This document shows positions 51,830 through 61,736 of a stretch of 64,000 nt of DNA, in pieces. The position numbers and the translations under genes are program-made. Within the stretch, counting starts at the first letter, position 1. Each line of letters begins with the position of its first letter. The notes under the pieces were generated by a model. That model was not told the DNA's origin and made no database searches. It worked only from the letters and a program-made list of their open reading frames with translations. The DNA is from Nitrososphaeraceae archaeon (GTDB taxonomy: Archaea > Thermoproteota > Nitrososphaeria > Nitrososphaerales > Nitrososphaeraceae), in contig JAICFW010000105.1 of assembly GCA_025923455.1 (NCBI GenBank), forward strand, positions 458 through 64,457, in the 5' to 3' direction.

Positions 51830-52126
51830 TCAAACACCTAAAATCTGTTTTAGGAGAGCTCTATAATCTACACTTTCTTTACTGCTTCCGGGTGCAGGTA
51901 ATTCAAAAATTAATGGAATTGGGCGATTAGCTCTAATACTAGTCAGTTGGCTACGGATTTCTTTTCCAATGTCTTCACTGATAAGAACTAGTCCTACATC
52001 GCTGACATTATCTAGACTATTGATATGGCGCAGAGCTTCAGTGGCTGACTCAACCTTAACACCTTCGACACCGGCCAATTGAAAGCTTGTTACAAAAATT
52101 CTACTTCCAACAGCCATAATTCTCAA
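51830..52126 (-). CDS. atpF: A/V-type ATP synthase subunit F
   Basis: AVGS..FVTSFQLAGV, VGLVLISED, P.IFELP and LKQILGV motifs. Confidence 0.9.
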   Translation of the reverse strand: MRIMAVGSRIFVTSFQLAGVEGVKVESATEALRHINSLDNVSDVGLVLISEDIGKEIRSQLTSIRANRPIPLIFELPAPGSSKESVDYRALLKQILGV

Positions 52127-52246
52127 TTTGTCTTAAACTCCTGATCTCTCAGTTCTTTTTAATTCTTTGTATGATAAACGGAGGATAGGGATGTCGAATT
52201 TCTAGAACATTACAGATAAATCATGGTTTTTTAAATCCTTTTAACA

Positions 52247-53536
52247 TTGTCTGAGAACCAGGATCTTAAGATATTGTATGTTCTATTAGATGGAATAGGT
52301 GATTTGCCAAACCCTGAATTGGACGGTAAAACCCCATTAGAGGCAGCTAATACTCCCAACATTGATATTTTGGCAAGAAAGGGGAAAATGGGTCAGGTAA
52401 TAAGCGTTGGCGAGGGAATATCACCTCAATCTGATATTGCTGTATTCAATATGTTAGGTTACAACTTTCAGGGACAAAAATATGCCGGGAGGGGAATTGT
52501 AGAAATAATTGGATCCGGGGTTGAGTTTCGCGATGGAGACCTGGCTCTAAGAGGTAACTTTGCAACGCTAGATAACAGCAAAATAATAGATAGGCGAGCA
52601 GGTCGCGATATCATTAAGCATGAAGCAAGTAGCATTTGTTCATTTCTTGAAGCCAATGTGAGATTTGACGATCCGGATGTCTCTGTTAAGATAACTCCTA
52701 CGATTTCTCATCGTGTAATAATTAAATTTAGACACAACAAGAAATCTCTATCTGATAAAATAACTAATACAGATCCTGCATATGGTAAACTAAATGGTAT
52801 CGGGATTGCAAAAGCTGACATTAAAAATATGGCCGTACAGGAATCTACATCAGAAGACAATTCTGACTCATCCATATTATCCGCAAAAATTGTTAATGAA
52901 TTTACATGGAAATCTATTGCTTTAATGAAAGATCACCAAGTAAATCTTGACAGAATTTCAAAAAACAAGAAACCAATGAATGTTATATTATTGCGAGATG
53001 CAGGTAACAGCGTTCCTAATCTTCAACCGATAAATGAAAAATATGGGATTTCGACTTCCTGTCTTGTTGACATGCCCGTAGAAATCGGAATCGCGAAAAT
53101 AATTGGTATGGATTTATTTTGTTCACAAAAAATTGATGATTATAGGCAAAAGGGAATAGAAGCTGCAAAAATCCTTGATTCGTATAACCTAGTTTATGTT
53201 CACATAAAAGGGCCTGATGAATATGGGCATGATGGCAACGCACTTGGAAAAAAGTCCAATATTGAACTTATAGATGAAAATTTCTTTGGTGTGTTCTTAA
53301 AATCAGTAACTCGGAAGAATGTAGTGGTAATTTCGGGTGATCATTCTACACCTTGCATTAAGAAATCACATACAGATGATCCAATCCCATTATTAGTATC
53401 TGGAAATGGTATCACAAGTGATGGAAGTCAACGCTTTACAGAATCATGGGCAAGTAAAGGCTCTATGGGCACCTTGAAAGGATCCCAAGTAATTTCATAT
53501 GTATTGAAAATGATGATCACACAAAAGGATAGTTAG
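52247..53536 (+). CDS. apgM: 2,3-bisphosphoglycerate-independent phosphoglycerate mutase (archaeal)
   Basis: LLDGIGD, TPLEAA.TPN.D, PQSD.A, HIKGPDEYGHDG and SGDHSTP motifs. Confidence 0.93.
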   Translation: MSENQDLKILYVLLDGIGDLPNPELDGKTPLEAANTPNIDILARKGKMGQVISVGEGISPQSDIAVFNMLGYNFQGQKYAGRGIVEIIGSGVEFRDGDLALRGNFATLDNSKIIDRRAGRDIIKHEASSICSFLEANVRFDDPDVSVKITPTISHRVIIKFRHNKKSLSDKITNTDPAYGKLNGIGIAKADIKNMAVQESTSEDNSDSSILSAKIVNEFTWKSIALMKDHQVNLDRISKNKKPMNVILLRDAGNSVPNLQPINEKYGISTSCLVDMPVEIGIAKIIGMDLFCSQKIDDYRQKGIEAAKILDSYNLVYVHIKGPDEYGHDGNALGKKSNIELIDENFFGVFLKSVTRKNVVVISGDHSTPCIKKSHTDDPIPLLVSGNGITSDGSQRFTESWASKGSMGTLKGSQVISYVLKMMITQKDS

Positions 53537-53557
53537 AAAAATAATCTCACAAGATAT

Positions 53558-53965
53558 TTATTGCTGCGTTCCAGTCAGGGTTATCTTGCATTGTTCGCAT
53601 ACCTTTTCGTCAATATTTCTCTCAAGACTATGATGCGCATCGCATATGATAAGTGAGTACCGCATATAATTACAGAGCCCAATAAACTTTGAAAGAGTTT
53701 TTGCTGTATATGCCCTATTAGTTGAAAGATCATTGCTGATTTCCTTAATCATGCTCATGATTTCATTGAGGGACATTAGTTTTGAAATTAACTCGTTATC
53801 TCCACGAGTACCTCTCAGATAATTGCTTACTGCTGCTTGAGTAATTCCCAACATTCTAGCTACTTCTTCTTCCTTTAACCCTTTTTCGATCACCAGCTCT
53901 TTTGATAATATTGCTCTTATCGCAGGGATTAGTAATTTAGACTCAATTTCTGATGGAAGTAGCAT
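53558..53965 (-). CDS. HTH transcriptional regulator with a Cys/His-rich C-terminus
   Basis: LLPSEI...PAIRA, VARMLGITQAAVSNYLRG.RG, and C...CDAHH...C..C. Confidence 0.85.
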   Translation of the reverse strand: MLLPSEIESKLLIPAIRAILSKELVIEKGLKEEEVARMLGITQAAVSNYLRGTRGDNELISKLMSLNEIMSMIKEISNDLSTNRAYTAKTLSKFIGLCNYMRYSLIICDAHHSLERNIDEKVCEQCKITLTGTQQ

Positions 53966-54190
53966 TAGGTGAGCCTAAATATAGATTCTTAAATATATAT
54001 AGTTTCTTTAGAACATTTACAACAGTATCGATTTATCATACCGTTTTCGGTTTAGTTTTTAATAATCAATTTGTTAATTGGTATATTATATTAATTCGAT
54101 TTTCTAAAGGTCTGTTTCGTTAAACGAGTTTAGTGAGCATTTTTAATCAAAAATTACATTTATTAATACAAGAATGTTATTGACTAGAAA

Positions 54191-54643
54191 TTGCAAAAAT
54201 TCGACGATTTAGACATGAAAATATTGTCAGAACTTTGTAAGAATGCTAATATTTCTGTGCCAAGACTGAGTAAATTGTTATCCACTAATTCGTCTGTCCT
54301 ATATAGTAGAATAAAGCGACTTTATAAGAGAAATTTGATCCAAAAATCCACCATAATTGTGAATGAACCTCTATTAGGAATCAATGTAAAGGCCGTGGTT
54401 GGAATAAATAGAGATCCAAAATTAAAAGAGGAAATTCACACTGCGTTATTGAAAATATTTCAGATAATATCGATTTCTGAAGTAACAGGAAGGTTTGATA
54501 TCTTGGTGACTATCAGTGCAACCACTCTGGAAGAACTCCACAATGTTGTCATTAAACAGATTGGGAAAATTGAAGGAGTTCAGAATACTGAAACCTTTGT
54601 AGAAATGCAAAGAACGGAGAAAGAGCGTATTTTTACCGCATAA
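54191..54643 (+). CDS. Lrp/AsnC family transcriptional regulator
   Basis: DDLDMKIL.EL..NA...HTH and EVTGRFDI RAM domain. Confidence 0.92.
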   Translation: MQKFDDLDMKILSELCKNANISVPRLSKLLSTNSSVLYSRIKRLYKRNLIQKSTIIVNEPLLGINVKAVVGINRDPKLKEEIHTALLKIFQIISISEVTGRFDILVTISATTLEELHNVVIKQIGKIEGVQNTETFVEMQRTEKERIFTA

Positions 54644-54940
54644 CTATATTTTTTTTAATGCTATTTGGTAGTAACGCAATAAAATTGATTTTATTGAATA
54701 ATCATTGCGATTAAGCATTATTTACTACATATTGCTCTAGGGAGTGTCAGAAAGTATGAGCCATTTGGATTGTCTACTAGCTAATGGATAATTGAGTAGG
54801 AGTATCTTCGATGATTTGTAATTTCTCAGTATTGCGTGATTTATCTTACCTGACGTCCGGTCATTCCTTTTTTTCGTCAAATTGTGAGTTTTGTTCACGA
54901 TAGATTCAAATATTCCAATCTTGCGATAAAATGTGAATTT

Positions 54941-55120
54941 TTGTCTTTTGTACAACAAAAAGTATGGGAAATAATCCAAACTCTGAAACTCGCAAAAAAA
55001 ACTAGCAAGGATGACTATATGACCCATCTCAGATTGGTATTAATGGGAATTGGCATAGTTGGCGGAATTGCTTTTGTCATCAAGTTGATTGCAGAATTTC
55101 TAACCTTTAATGGCGAGTAA
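54941..55120 (+). CDS. secE: Preprotein translocase subunit SecE (Sec61 gamma)
   Basis: LKLAKK....Y..HL.LV..GI..VG.I.FVIKL. In-frame TTG at 54941 within ORF 54884. Confidence 0.85.
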   Translation: MSFVQQKVWEIIQTLKLAKKTSKDDYMTHLRLVLMGIGIVGGIAFVIKLIAEFLTFNGE

Positions 55121-55198
55121 AGGATTATTTTCAAATATCAAATTGAATTTCGAATAAGATTAATTTACCAGTCGTAGTAGTCCTTTAGGGTAGCTGAA

Positions 55199-56227
55199 TT
55201 GCAAAAAATAATAGGAACTCTTGGATCTCACTGCTCGCTTCAGGTGTTAAAGGGTGCAAAGGATGAAGGGTTTAAAACTCTATTGATAACGGAGAAGAAG
55301 CGGTACCGCGTATACCAGAGATTTAATTTTATTGACCACATAATACTGGTTGACAATTTTAGAGATATTCTAAAGTCAGATATTCAAAAAAGATTAAACC
55401 AATTAGGTTGTATTCTGATACCTCACGGCACTCTCGTTTCTACCTTAACTTCTGATGAAATAGAAAGTATTAACGTCCCTTTTTTTGGTAATAAGTTTAT
55501 TTTAAGATGGGAGGCTGATAGAAATCTTAAACAGAAACTGATGGTAGAATCAAAACTGCAAGTTCCAAGAGAAATAAATTCAAAGAGTGACATTAAAGAT
55601 CTTTGCATTGTGAAGTTACACGGAGCTGCTGGAGGCAAGGGATATTTCCTTGCATCAGATCAAAACGGTTTCGATGAGGGATTTCATAAACTCTTAAATG
55701 ATGATGTAGTTACTAACGAAAATGAGCTTTACATTCAGGAATATGTGAAGGGAGTTCCAGTGTTTTTACATTTCTTTTATTCTCCAATCTCCGGAGAGAT
55801 AGAGTTAATGGGCGTTGATAGAAGATACGAATCGGATATAGACGGTATTTCGCGTATCCCATCAAAGCATCAGCTAAATGTCGCAACGGAACCTACTTAC
55901 AATGTAGTAGGAAATATCCCGCTAGTTTTAAGGGAATCACTTTTGGAGGGAGTATACCAAATGGGTGAAAATTTTGTTGAAGCTTCTGAAAGGCTTGTTC
56001 CTCCAGGTATCCCTGGACCATTTTGCTTGGAAGGAGTGTATAATAGGGATGCAAAATTCATTACTTTTGAATTTTCTGCAAGAATTGTTGCCGGGACCAA
56101 TCTGTATGTATCTGGCTCACAGTATTCGGACCTTCTGTTTAAGAATAATATGAGTATGGGGAGAAGGATTGCATTAGAGATAAGAAACGCATTAAACAAA
56201 AGGAAACTTGATAAAGTCCTCACATAG
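55199..56227 (+). CDS. purP: PurP family ATP-grasp formate ligase, paralog 2
   Basis: LGSHCSLQVLKGAKDEG, IPHGT, GAAGGKGYF, GVDRRYESD.DG and FEFSARIVAGTN motifs. Confidence 0.9.
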   Translation: MQKIIGTLGSHCSLQVLKGAKDEGFKTLLITEKKRYRVYQRFNFIDHIILVDNFRDILKSDIQKRLNQLGCILIPHGTLVSTLTSDEIESINVPFFGNKFILRWEADRNLKQKLMVESKLQVPREINSKSDIKDLCIVKLHGAAGGKGYFLASDQNGFDEGFHKLLNDDVVTNENELYIQEYVKGVPVFLHFFYSPISGEIELMGVDRRYESDIDGISRIPSKHQLNVATEPTYNVVGNIPLVLRESLLEGVYQMGENFVEASERLVPPGIPGPFCLEGVYNRDAKFITFEFSARIVAGTNLYVSGSQYSDLLFKNNMSMGRRIALEIRNALNKRKLDKVLT

Positions 56228-56256
56228 GAACCTAAATTTTCCCGTTGGAATTAGGT

Positions 56257-56916
56257 TCATTTTTGAACAAGATCGATTGAATTAATCAAACCATATAATG
56301 GGTTTTTCAAAAAATGTTCCAAGCTTTTTTTATCGTTAATATCCATCATTATTACTTTTTCATTTACAAGTGATACTGTAATAGGAACATCTTTCCATTC
56401 CAATACTCCATTAGTGTATATATCCACATTACATTTAAAACCTGAAGAGTTGTCACTTTTACTTTTATACAAAACACCAAGTCTGTCTTTGATGTCGTGA
56501 TCAACTGACTCATTTGATACCGGCCTGTAAACAATTGTATGAAAATGAATACCTCCTCCATCAACCTCGATCATTGTAAAGTTGCTTTTGAAATAAGTCA
56601 AATTATCCTTTAACACGTCAATCCTCCATTTTCCTCCTAGAATATATTTGGAAGATGAATTGGTATTGATGTCCTTGACAATGGCTTTTGTAGCGTTTGA
56701 CCCGTCCTGCAAAAAAAGAATAGTATTGATCGTTCCTTCGGCGTTGAAAGACGAATTTGAAGTTTGATAAATAAGATCTGACGCATTTGTCAAAGTTTGT
56801 CCATAAGCACTCGAACCAAAAAAATCATTTTCACCATAAGTAAAGATTTGAAGACAAATCACAAATGAGATTAAATTAATATTTGAAATAATAAGCAAGT
56901 TGTGACCCCATATCAT
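56257..56916 (-). CDS. Secreted hypothetical protein (lineage-type beta-rich)
   Basis: Signal-like N-terminus. GGKWRIDV, HFHTI and EHF..NPLYG motifs. Confidence 0.7.
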   Translation of the reverse strand: MIWGHNLLIISNINLISFVICLQIFTYGENDFFGSSAYGQTLTNASDLIYQTSNSSFNAEGTINTILFLQDGSNATKAIVKDINTNSSSKYILGGKWRIDVLKDNLTYFKSNFTMIEVDGGGIHFHTIVYRPVSNESVDHDIKDRLGVLYKSKSDNSSGFKCNVDIYTNGVLEWKDVPITVSLVNEKVIMMDINDKKSLEHFLKNPLYGLINSIDLVQK

Positions 56917-57060
56917 TACTCAAAATTAGAAATTTAACATAACTTAAATTTTACATTTCTAATTATCTCATAATTTAGGATTCTGTTCGATTAAGGGACA
57001 TGTCCAGAATTTTAAATACTAACTGGCTTCTAATTAGGCTAAAGAGTTGGGAGTTCAAAC

Positions 57061-57800
57061 ATGAAGGCGAAATGGACTACTGTCTTTGCAATCTTCGCCA
57101 TTTCATCAGCACTTGCTATAGCATTTTTCATAGGACTTACAGTATCAACCCTAATTCAAAGTCAATATCCACTTTTATTTATCGTAGCAATAGTTGTAGC
57201 ATTCACCGCATGGTTCGGAAGGGGAACTGATATTTTGAGTCTTATACGTGAATGGCACAAGGAAAGAGTAGAAGAAGAAAGGAGAATTAGGAGCATACCC
57301 AAGTTTATCATCACACATGATGAAGGTTCAACGCAGTTTGTTCGTGATAAAAGATTATTTAAAAGAGAAGGATATGGATTAGGAAAACGAAAGTTCTAAC
57401 AATTGGTGTTTATAATGATAGTGAAGGCGTAGCAGAGAATTGCAGTGCAAGTTTTAACATTGATAATGTAATTAAGACTAAGTTTCCGACAGATGAAAGA
57501 AAATTTCTAAGATGGGCTAGTTATGATACTGTTTTTATGAAAATAGGTTCACATAAAACCGAATATCTTAATGTGGTGTTCTTTAGTGAAATCTCATTCC
57601 ATGACATGAATGTTTTCGTTGCACAACAAGATAGTATTAATGAACCGAAAATCCCCAGAGATATGGATGGTTTTACATCTGGAGAGCACATATTCACAAT
57701 AACAATTGAACCAGACATCGGACAGAAAAAAGTGGCTAAATTTAGAGTTAAGGCTACTACAAATTGGAACGATTTTTCGATGTCATTAATCGAATCTTAG
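57061..57800 (+). pseudogene. Membrane-anchored hypothetical gene split by a frameshift near 57360
   Basis: ORF 57061..57399 has two TM segments. The -1 frame is open from 57363 to 57800 (WIRKTKVLTIGVYN...MKIGSHK...) and includes ORF 57537..57800. Confidence 0.55.
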
Positions 57801-58039
57801 TCTCTGTACGTCTTCAAGACCATCGACATGGTTTGTGATTTTCGAAAACCTCCTTATCATAAAACTCCTTACGACACATGTAACAGAATATGTTTTTAGA
57901 TCCCTTTCCTTCGGTCATAGTTAATGAGAGTCATGGTTGATTGAAAACAAGTAAGTGTTATAGAGATCTATACAATGACTGCCATTGTTCCCAAATTGTG
58001 TAAATTAAAAAATCAATAGATCGTAATGGAACTGTTAAT

Positions 58040-58198
58040 TTACAATATAATCACGCCAGATTCAACTGCCTTTACTTTTTCTATTTCCAAAATAGACTGC
58101 AATTGTTTTACCTCGTCTTTTGTAAGGGAATCATCTATCAATTTTCCAGTAAGTTGCTGTCTTTGTTTGATTTGTTCAGTCGTTAGGATTGTGCTCAT
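58040..58198 (-). CDS. Small helical protein (52 aa) coupled to the upstream ORF
   Basis: MSTILTTEQIKQRQQLTGKL...ESGVIIL. The ATG overlaps the TGA of 58195..58422 as ATGA. Confidence 0.5.
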   Translation of the reverse strand: MSTILTTEQIKQRQQLTGKLIDDSLTKDEVKQLQSILEIEKVKAVESGVIIL

Positions 58199-58422
58199 GT
58201 TTTAGATTCGACCTCTCCTCGCTTAAGTACACTATCGACAAGATTTATGAAACCCTTCTCCGTTTCGAACTTGCTAAATGCAGATAACAAGGGATTATCA
58301 TTTATTCGTCTTTCAAGCATATTAATTTTCCAATTTAATCTTGCTATGTAAACCGCAATCGGTACTGAAAATACAAGTAATGCTATAATGAGTTGAATGG
58401 TTTCGCTGGTTAATTCAACCAA
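58195..58422 (-). CDS. Small single-TM hypothetical protein
   Basis: 75 aa, with one TM segment followed by a coiled-coil-like segment. Confidence 0.55.
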   Translation of the reverse strand: MVELTSETIQLIIALLVFSVPIAVYIARLNWKINMLERRINDNPLLSAFSKFETEKGFINLVDSVLKRGEVESKT

Positions 58423-58491
58423 TAGAGATACTGTTCATATCAATTATTTAAGGAAACAAAGCCGTATATAGTCAAATCACATATTGTTATT

Positions 58492-58611
58492 ATGAATATA
58501 AAATCGCTATTTACTCGAATCAGAACATGCTGTAATATAACAAAGGAAGAAAAGGAAAAGGCATCAAAACAGGTCATTAAGGATACTAAGTCAGACTTTC
58601 CAGAAGATTAA
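58492..58611 (+). CDS. Possible 39-aa microprotein
   Basis: MNIKSLFTRIRTCCNITKEEKEKASKQVIKDTKSDFPED. ATG start downstream of an AT-rich TATA-like tract. Confidence 0.3.
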   Translation: MNIKSLFTRIRTCCNITKEEKEKASKQVIKDTKSDFPED

Positions 58612-58706
58612 CCACTTTTTGCCGTTTATGTCAATGTCCCTTAATCGAACAGAATCTAGTTTAGAAATCCTTAATAGATATTAAACTATGTTGGACTATC
58701 TCGAGT

Positions 58707-58913
58707 ATGAAACATCTGAATATCTTATTTCCTACGATTTCGGTAATCTTTGCTACCATGCTAACTGCTACTGTTTCTGCTAGTTCGTCTGACGATTATT
58801 GTTACGATCATGAACTGGAGGATTCCATTTGTCATGAAACCCAAAAGTCGTGCGAAGTTGAGCGAAAAAATGACCTTATGGCAGAAGGTAAATGCTATAA
58901 GGCCATAATGTAG
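58707..58913 (+). CDS. Small secreted four-Cys protein
   Basis: Signal peptide (TVSA-S), then YCYD..ICHE..SC..GKCY. Confidence 0.65.
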   Translation: MKHLNILFPTISVIFATMLTATVSASSSDDYCYDHELEDSICHETQKSCEVERKNDLMAEGKCYKAIM

Positions 58914-59543
58914 AATATTTTATTATCTTTTGCGAATAAATATATCCATCTCACCGGACTGATGGGAGTACAACCCATAACCTCGGCGATTGTATCTATA
59001 TGTATCTTCCTTGATTGGAATTAATTTAATAATTTGTTGTACATATCTAATCGCCTAGTCCGACTATCAAGATTTAATGTAATATGATTATTTCATCCCA
59101 TGTTCCAGTTGTCGAAAGCATATAGTATTTGCTTTGATCCGATGACTCTAAGTGTATGATATCACCTGGCGTAATCTGAATTTGAAATAATCTGTTCAGG
59201 AATTACAGGAAACTTGGCCCTGCTACTATGCTATTTGCTTCCTTTTTAAAAGATTATCATAGTACTCTTTCAAAGTATCCGCTAGACCAAAACTACTAAG
59301 TTTTTCAACTAATTCAGACAAATCAACAAATTGTGAATTCCACTTGTAGACCATAAGAATTGCCATTGTAAAATCTCTATCATAACATATAAGCTGCTAT
59401 TTATATATAACATTTCTCACTTGATGTGCGATTGCCGATCATTGATATGGTACATGAGTATCGACTTTAAGGAGTTTCCATTTGCGAGTTCCTCGGTTAT
59501 GATATTACCAAGACTTATAAACGAATGAGTGATAATATACTTA

Positions 59544-59681
59544 TTGCATAACTCTTGTTCGATATGCGGTAATGACTTCAACAATCTAGTTAGCGGTGTT
59601 ATTTATCTAAGTACAGTAAAGGGAAAACTAGAATTCTGTTCAGATAAATGCTGCAGAGATTTCCTAAAGAAAAATTTGTAG
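59544..59681 (+). CDS. TRASH/YHS-like metal-binding microprotein (45 aa)
   Basis: CSICG...LEFCSDKCCRDF. TTG start at 59544, with an alternative GTG at 59529. Confidence 0.55.
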   Translation: MHNSCSICGNDFNNLVSGVIYLSTVKGKLEFCSDKCCRDFLKKNL

Positions 59682-59840
59682 ATCTGCGCCTCTGGATTTA
59701 ATACTTGTTTCTCTATGTTAGTATTATTTAACGTAAGATTGAACGAATAGTATTGTCAATGAATTACGAGGGGAATGCATTTTATAGATCTGAAAAATAA
59801 GGCGAATAACCATTAATACACGTGGATGTAATAAGATCTA

Positions 59841-60002
59841 ATGAATAAATCCCCAAAGTGTATAGAACAACAACATGATATGTGTGACGGAAACATAATA
59901 GAAATGATCAATAACTCCAACGTAACAAGATTATGTGAATGTCAGTGTCATGACAATATGTACAAACTAGTTAGTAGAATGCAGGCTGCAAATAATCAGT
60001 AG
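59841..60002 (+). CDS. Cys/His-rich microprotein (53 aa)
   Basis: MNKSPKCIEQQHDMCDG...LCECQCHD. Confidence 0.55.
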   Translation: MNKSPKCIEQQHDMCDGNIIEMINNSNVTRLCECQCHDNMYKLVSRMQAANNQ

Positions 60003-60422
60003 TTTTCCCACCAGATTTTAATATTAAGGACATCTTTGGGATGTTTGTGCTTAGATTTAGGACTAACCCTTTTATTGTTTGTTGGTTATTGCCCTATAAG
60101 TGTCGACAAGTCCCAAGAATATACGCATGACTGTAGGCTATTAGTGGATTGGCCTATCATTTTTAATTCCATATTATAACATGATCGGCAATTCTGGTCA
60201 TCTTGACCTATTTTATAGTTTGTTGTCTATTGCTTAACCAACGCTACCAAATAAAACCGGTGGGCATGTTGTATCGTACCAAATCAACCATCAACTCATC
60301 CCACCAGCAGTCATATGTTGTTATAATATTTGTAAATTAGGTAAGTTACAATGGTAACATCCAATGGTCGGATTATTTTTGGCCGTTATCGCAAACGGCA
60401 CTAGTTCCGCCGGATATTTTAT

Positions 60423-60626
60423 TTAAATCTCGTAGATGATTAGCGCAGAATAATTCACATCTGAGGTTTGCCTAGCGTCCTGCAAAAGTTTGGGAGTAGA
60501 AGAAAATTTTATGTCAATAAGTCTGAATGTACTACCGTGCTGCTTTGTTATGTCTTCCATAAATTTATCGATATTGTCTGTCACCGATGTTAGTCTGTCT
60601 GATTCAAATCCTATTGTCTTTATCAT
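60423..60626 (-). CDS. Small protein resembling the Cse60 family
   Basis: MIKTIGFE...IDKFM...LIDIKFS...YSALIIYE pattern. Confidence 0.55.
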   Translation of the reverse strand: MIKTIGFESDRLTSVTDNIDKFMEDITKQHGSTFRLIDIKFSSTPKLLQDARQTSDVNYSALIIYEI

Positions 60627-60927
60627 ACCTACCTCATGTTTCTAATTGGCTAAATGCCTTATCTATCTTACCCTTCCCTAAGTTTTTAGAAAGTCCTATT
60701 AAGGAGTATTATAGTAGTACGGGAACATAAATTATACCAACACCCTGGATTAATTCAGCAAATTTTTTACTATCTTTTTACGGATATTGTTCCGCCTCAC
60801 CGAACTGCTGGGAGGATAACTAGCCGTCACTCGTATGTTTGTTTTGTGCATTTGGATTTAACCGGTGTATTGTAAGTTCCGTCAAGTGGGATTTGTTTGC
60901 TAGTGAGTAAATCTATCTTATTCACTA

Positions 60928-61500
60928 TCATGGGTATTGTCCGTCATATTCACCTGTTCCCGTCAGGGTATCGTTTTGTGTGTCATACGTTCCCTCCAAT
61001 CGGAAATAGTAAGTTGGATCATTCTCCTCAGAATTATATTTTGACAAATCGGGATATTCGTTAGAGCACTTGTATATTATATTGTTTTCTTGTTCAATGA
61101 TATCTTTGACGCTATTTACGTCACAAAAGATTGAAAGTTCGTATCTTTCCACCAATCTTTTCTCTAAAGGAGTAAGATCCTTGTTTGTCACATTGTCGTG
61201 AATGTAAAAATATAGTGTAGTATACAAACGAGGATCAGTATCCTCGGGGTCTGGAAGTACTACATATGAAGAATATCCATCATCTTCAATCTGACATTGA
61301 CTTGAAGGGCAAACTTTCTCCCATACTTCTCCTGATAGTTGGAAGTTCTTAGTGATAGGATTTGTCCTCAAACCCTGCACCTCAAATACAAGATCGTTCT
61401 CTTGATTATTTTTCTCTTGTGAATACACAGGTGCATTTGTGTTGATTGTAACGAAAAAGATTAGATTCGTCATTAGTACTCCTAAAATGAGAGGTTTCAT
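60928..61500 (-). CDS. Secreted hypothetical protein
   Basis: Signal peptide with AxA-like site, paired Cys (CPSSQC), acidic sequence. Confidence 0.75.
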   Translation of the reverse strand: MKPLILGVLMTNLIFFVTINTNAPVYSQEKNNQENDLVFEVQGLRTNPITKNFQLSGEVWEKVCPSSQCQIEDDGYSSYVVLPDPEDTDPRLYTTLYFYIHDNVTNKDLTPLEKRLVERYELSIFCDVNSVKDIIEQENNIIYKCSNEYPDLSKYNSEENDPTYYFRLEGTYDTQNDTLTGTGEYDGQYP

Positions 61501-61736
61501 TTTAAACCTGTATATTGCGAGTTACTTAAAAAGACTTATTCTCCTCATCTTTATCATCTTCAACTTTCATATTGAATAATATAACACCATAATTTAATAT
61601 TATATCGTGATAACCACTTTTACTTTGGATGATTCTTGCACAAATCGGGGGATTTGAATTGAAGGAATTCTAAATATAAGTATACAGATACTTGTAATAT
61701 CAAAATTAATATACTATCTCAAAATCAAAGAGACTG

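Noticed and set aside
51830-52126. ATP synthase subunit F separated from the atp operon
   Set aside because: Split A-ATPase gene clusters are common in archaea, so this is not notable on its own.
55372-55385. AAAGTCAGATATT(C) matches the carB intron 5' junction here and at 34949-34961
   Set aside because: Neither site has the complementary TCTGAC arm or a frame disruption. Treated as chance matches in AT-rich DNA.
59088-59430. Minus-strand protein-like fragments (MAILMVYKW...; LFQIQITPGDIIHL...)
   Set aside because: Several stops and frame changes. I cannot name or delimit a gene from them.
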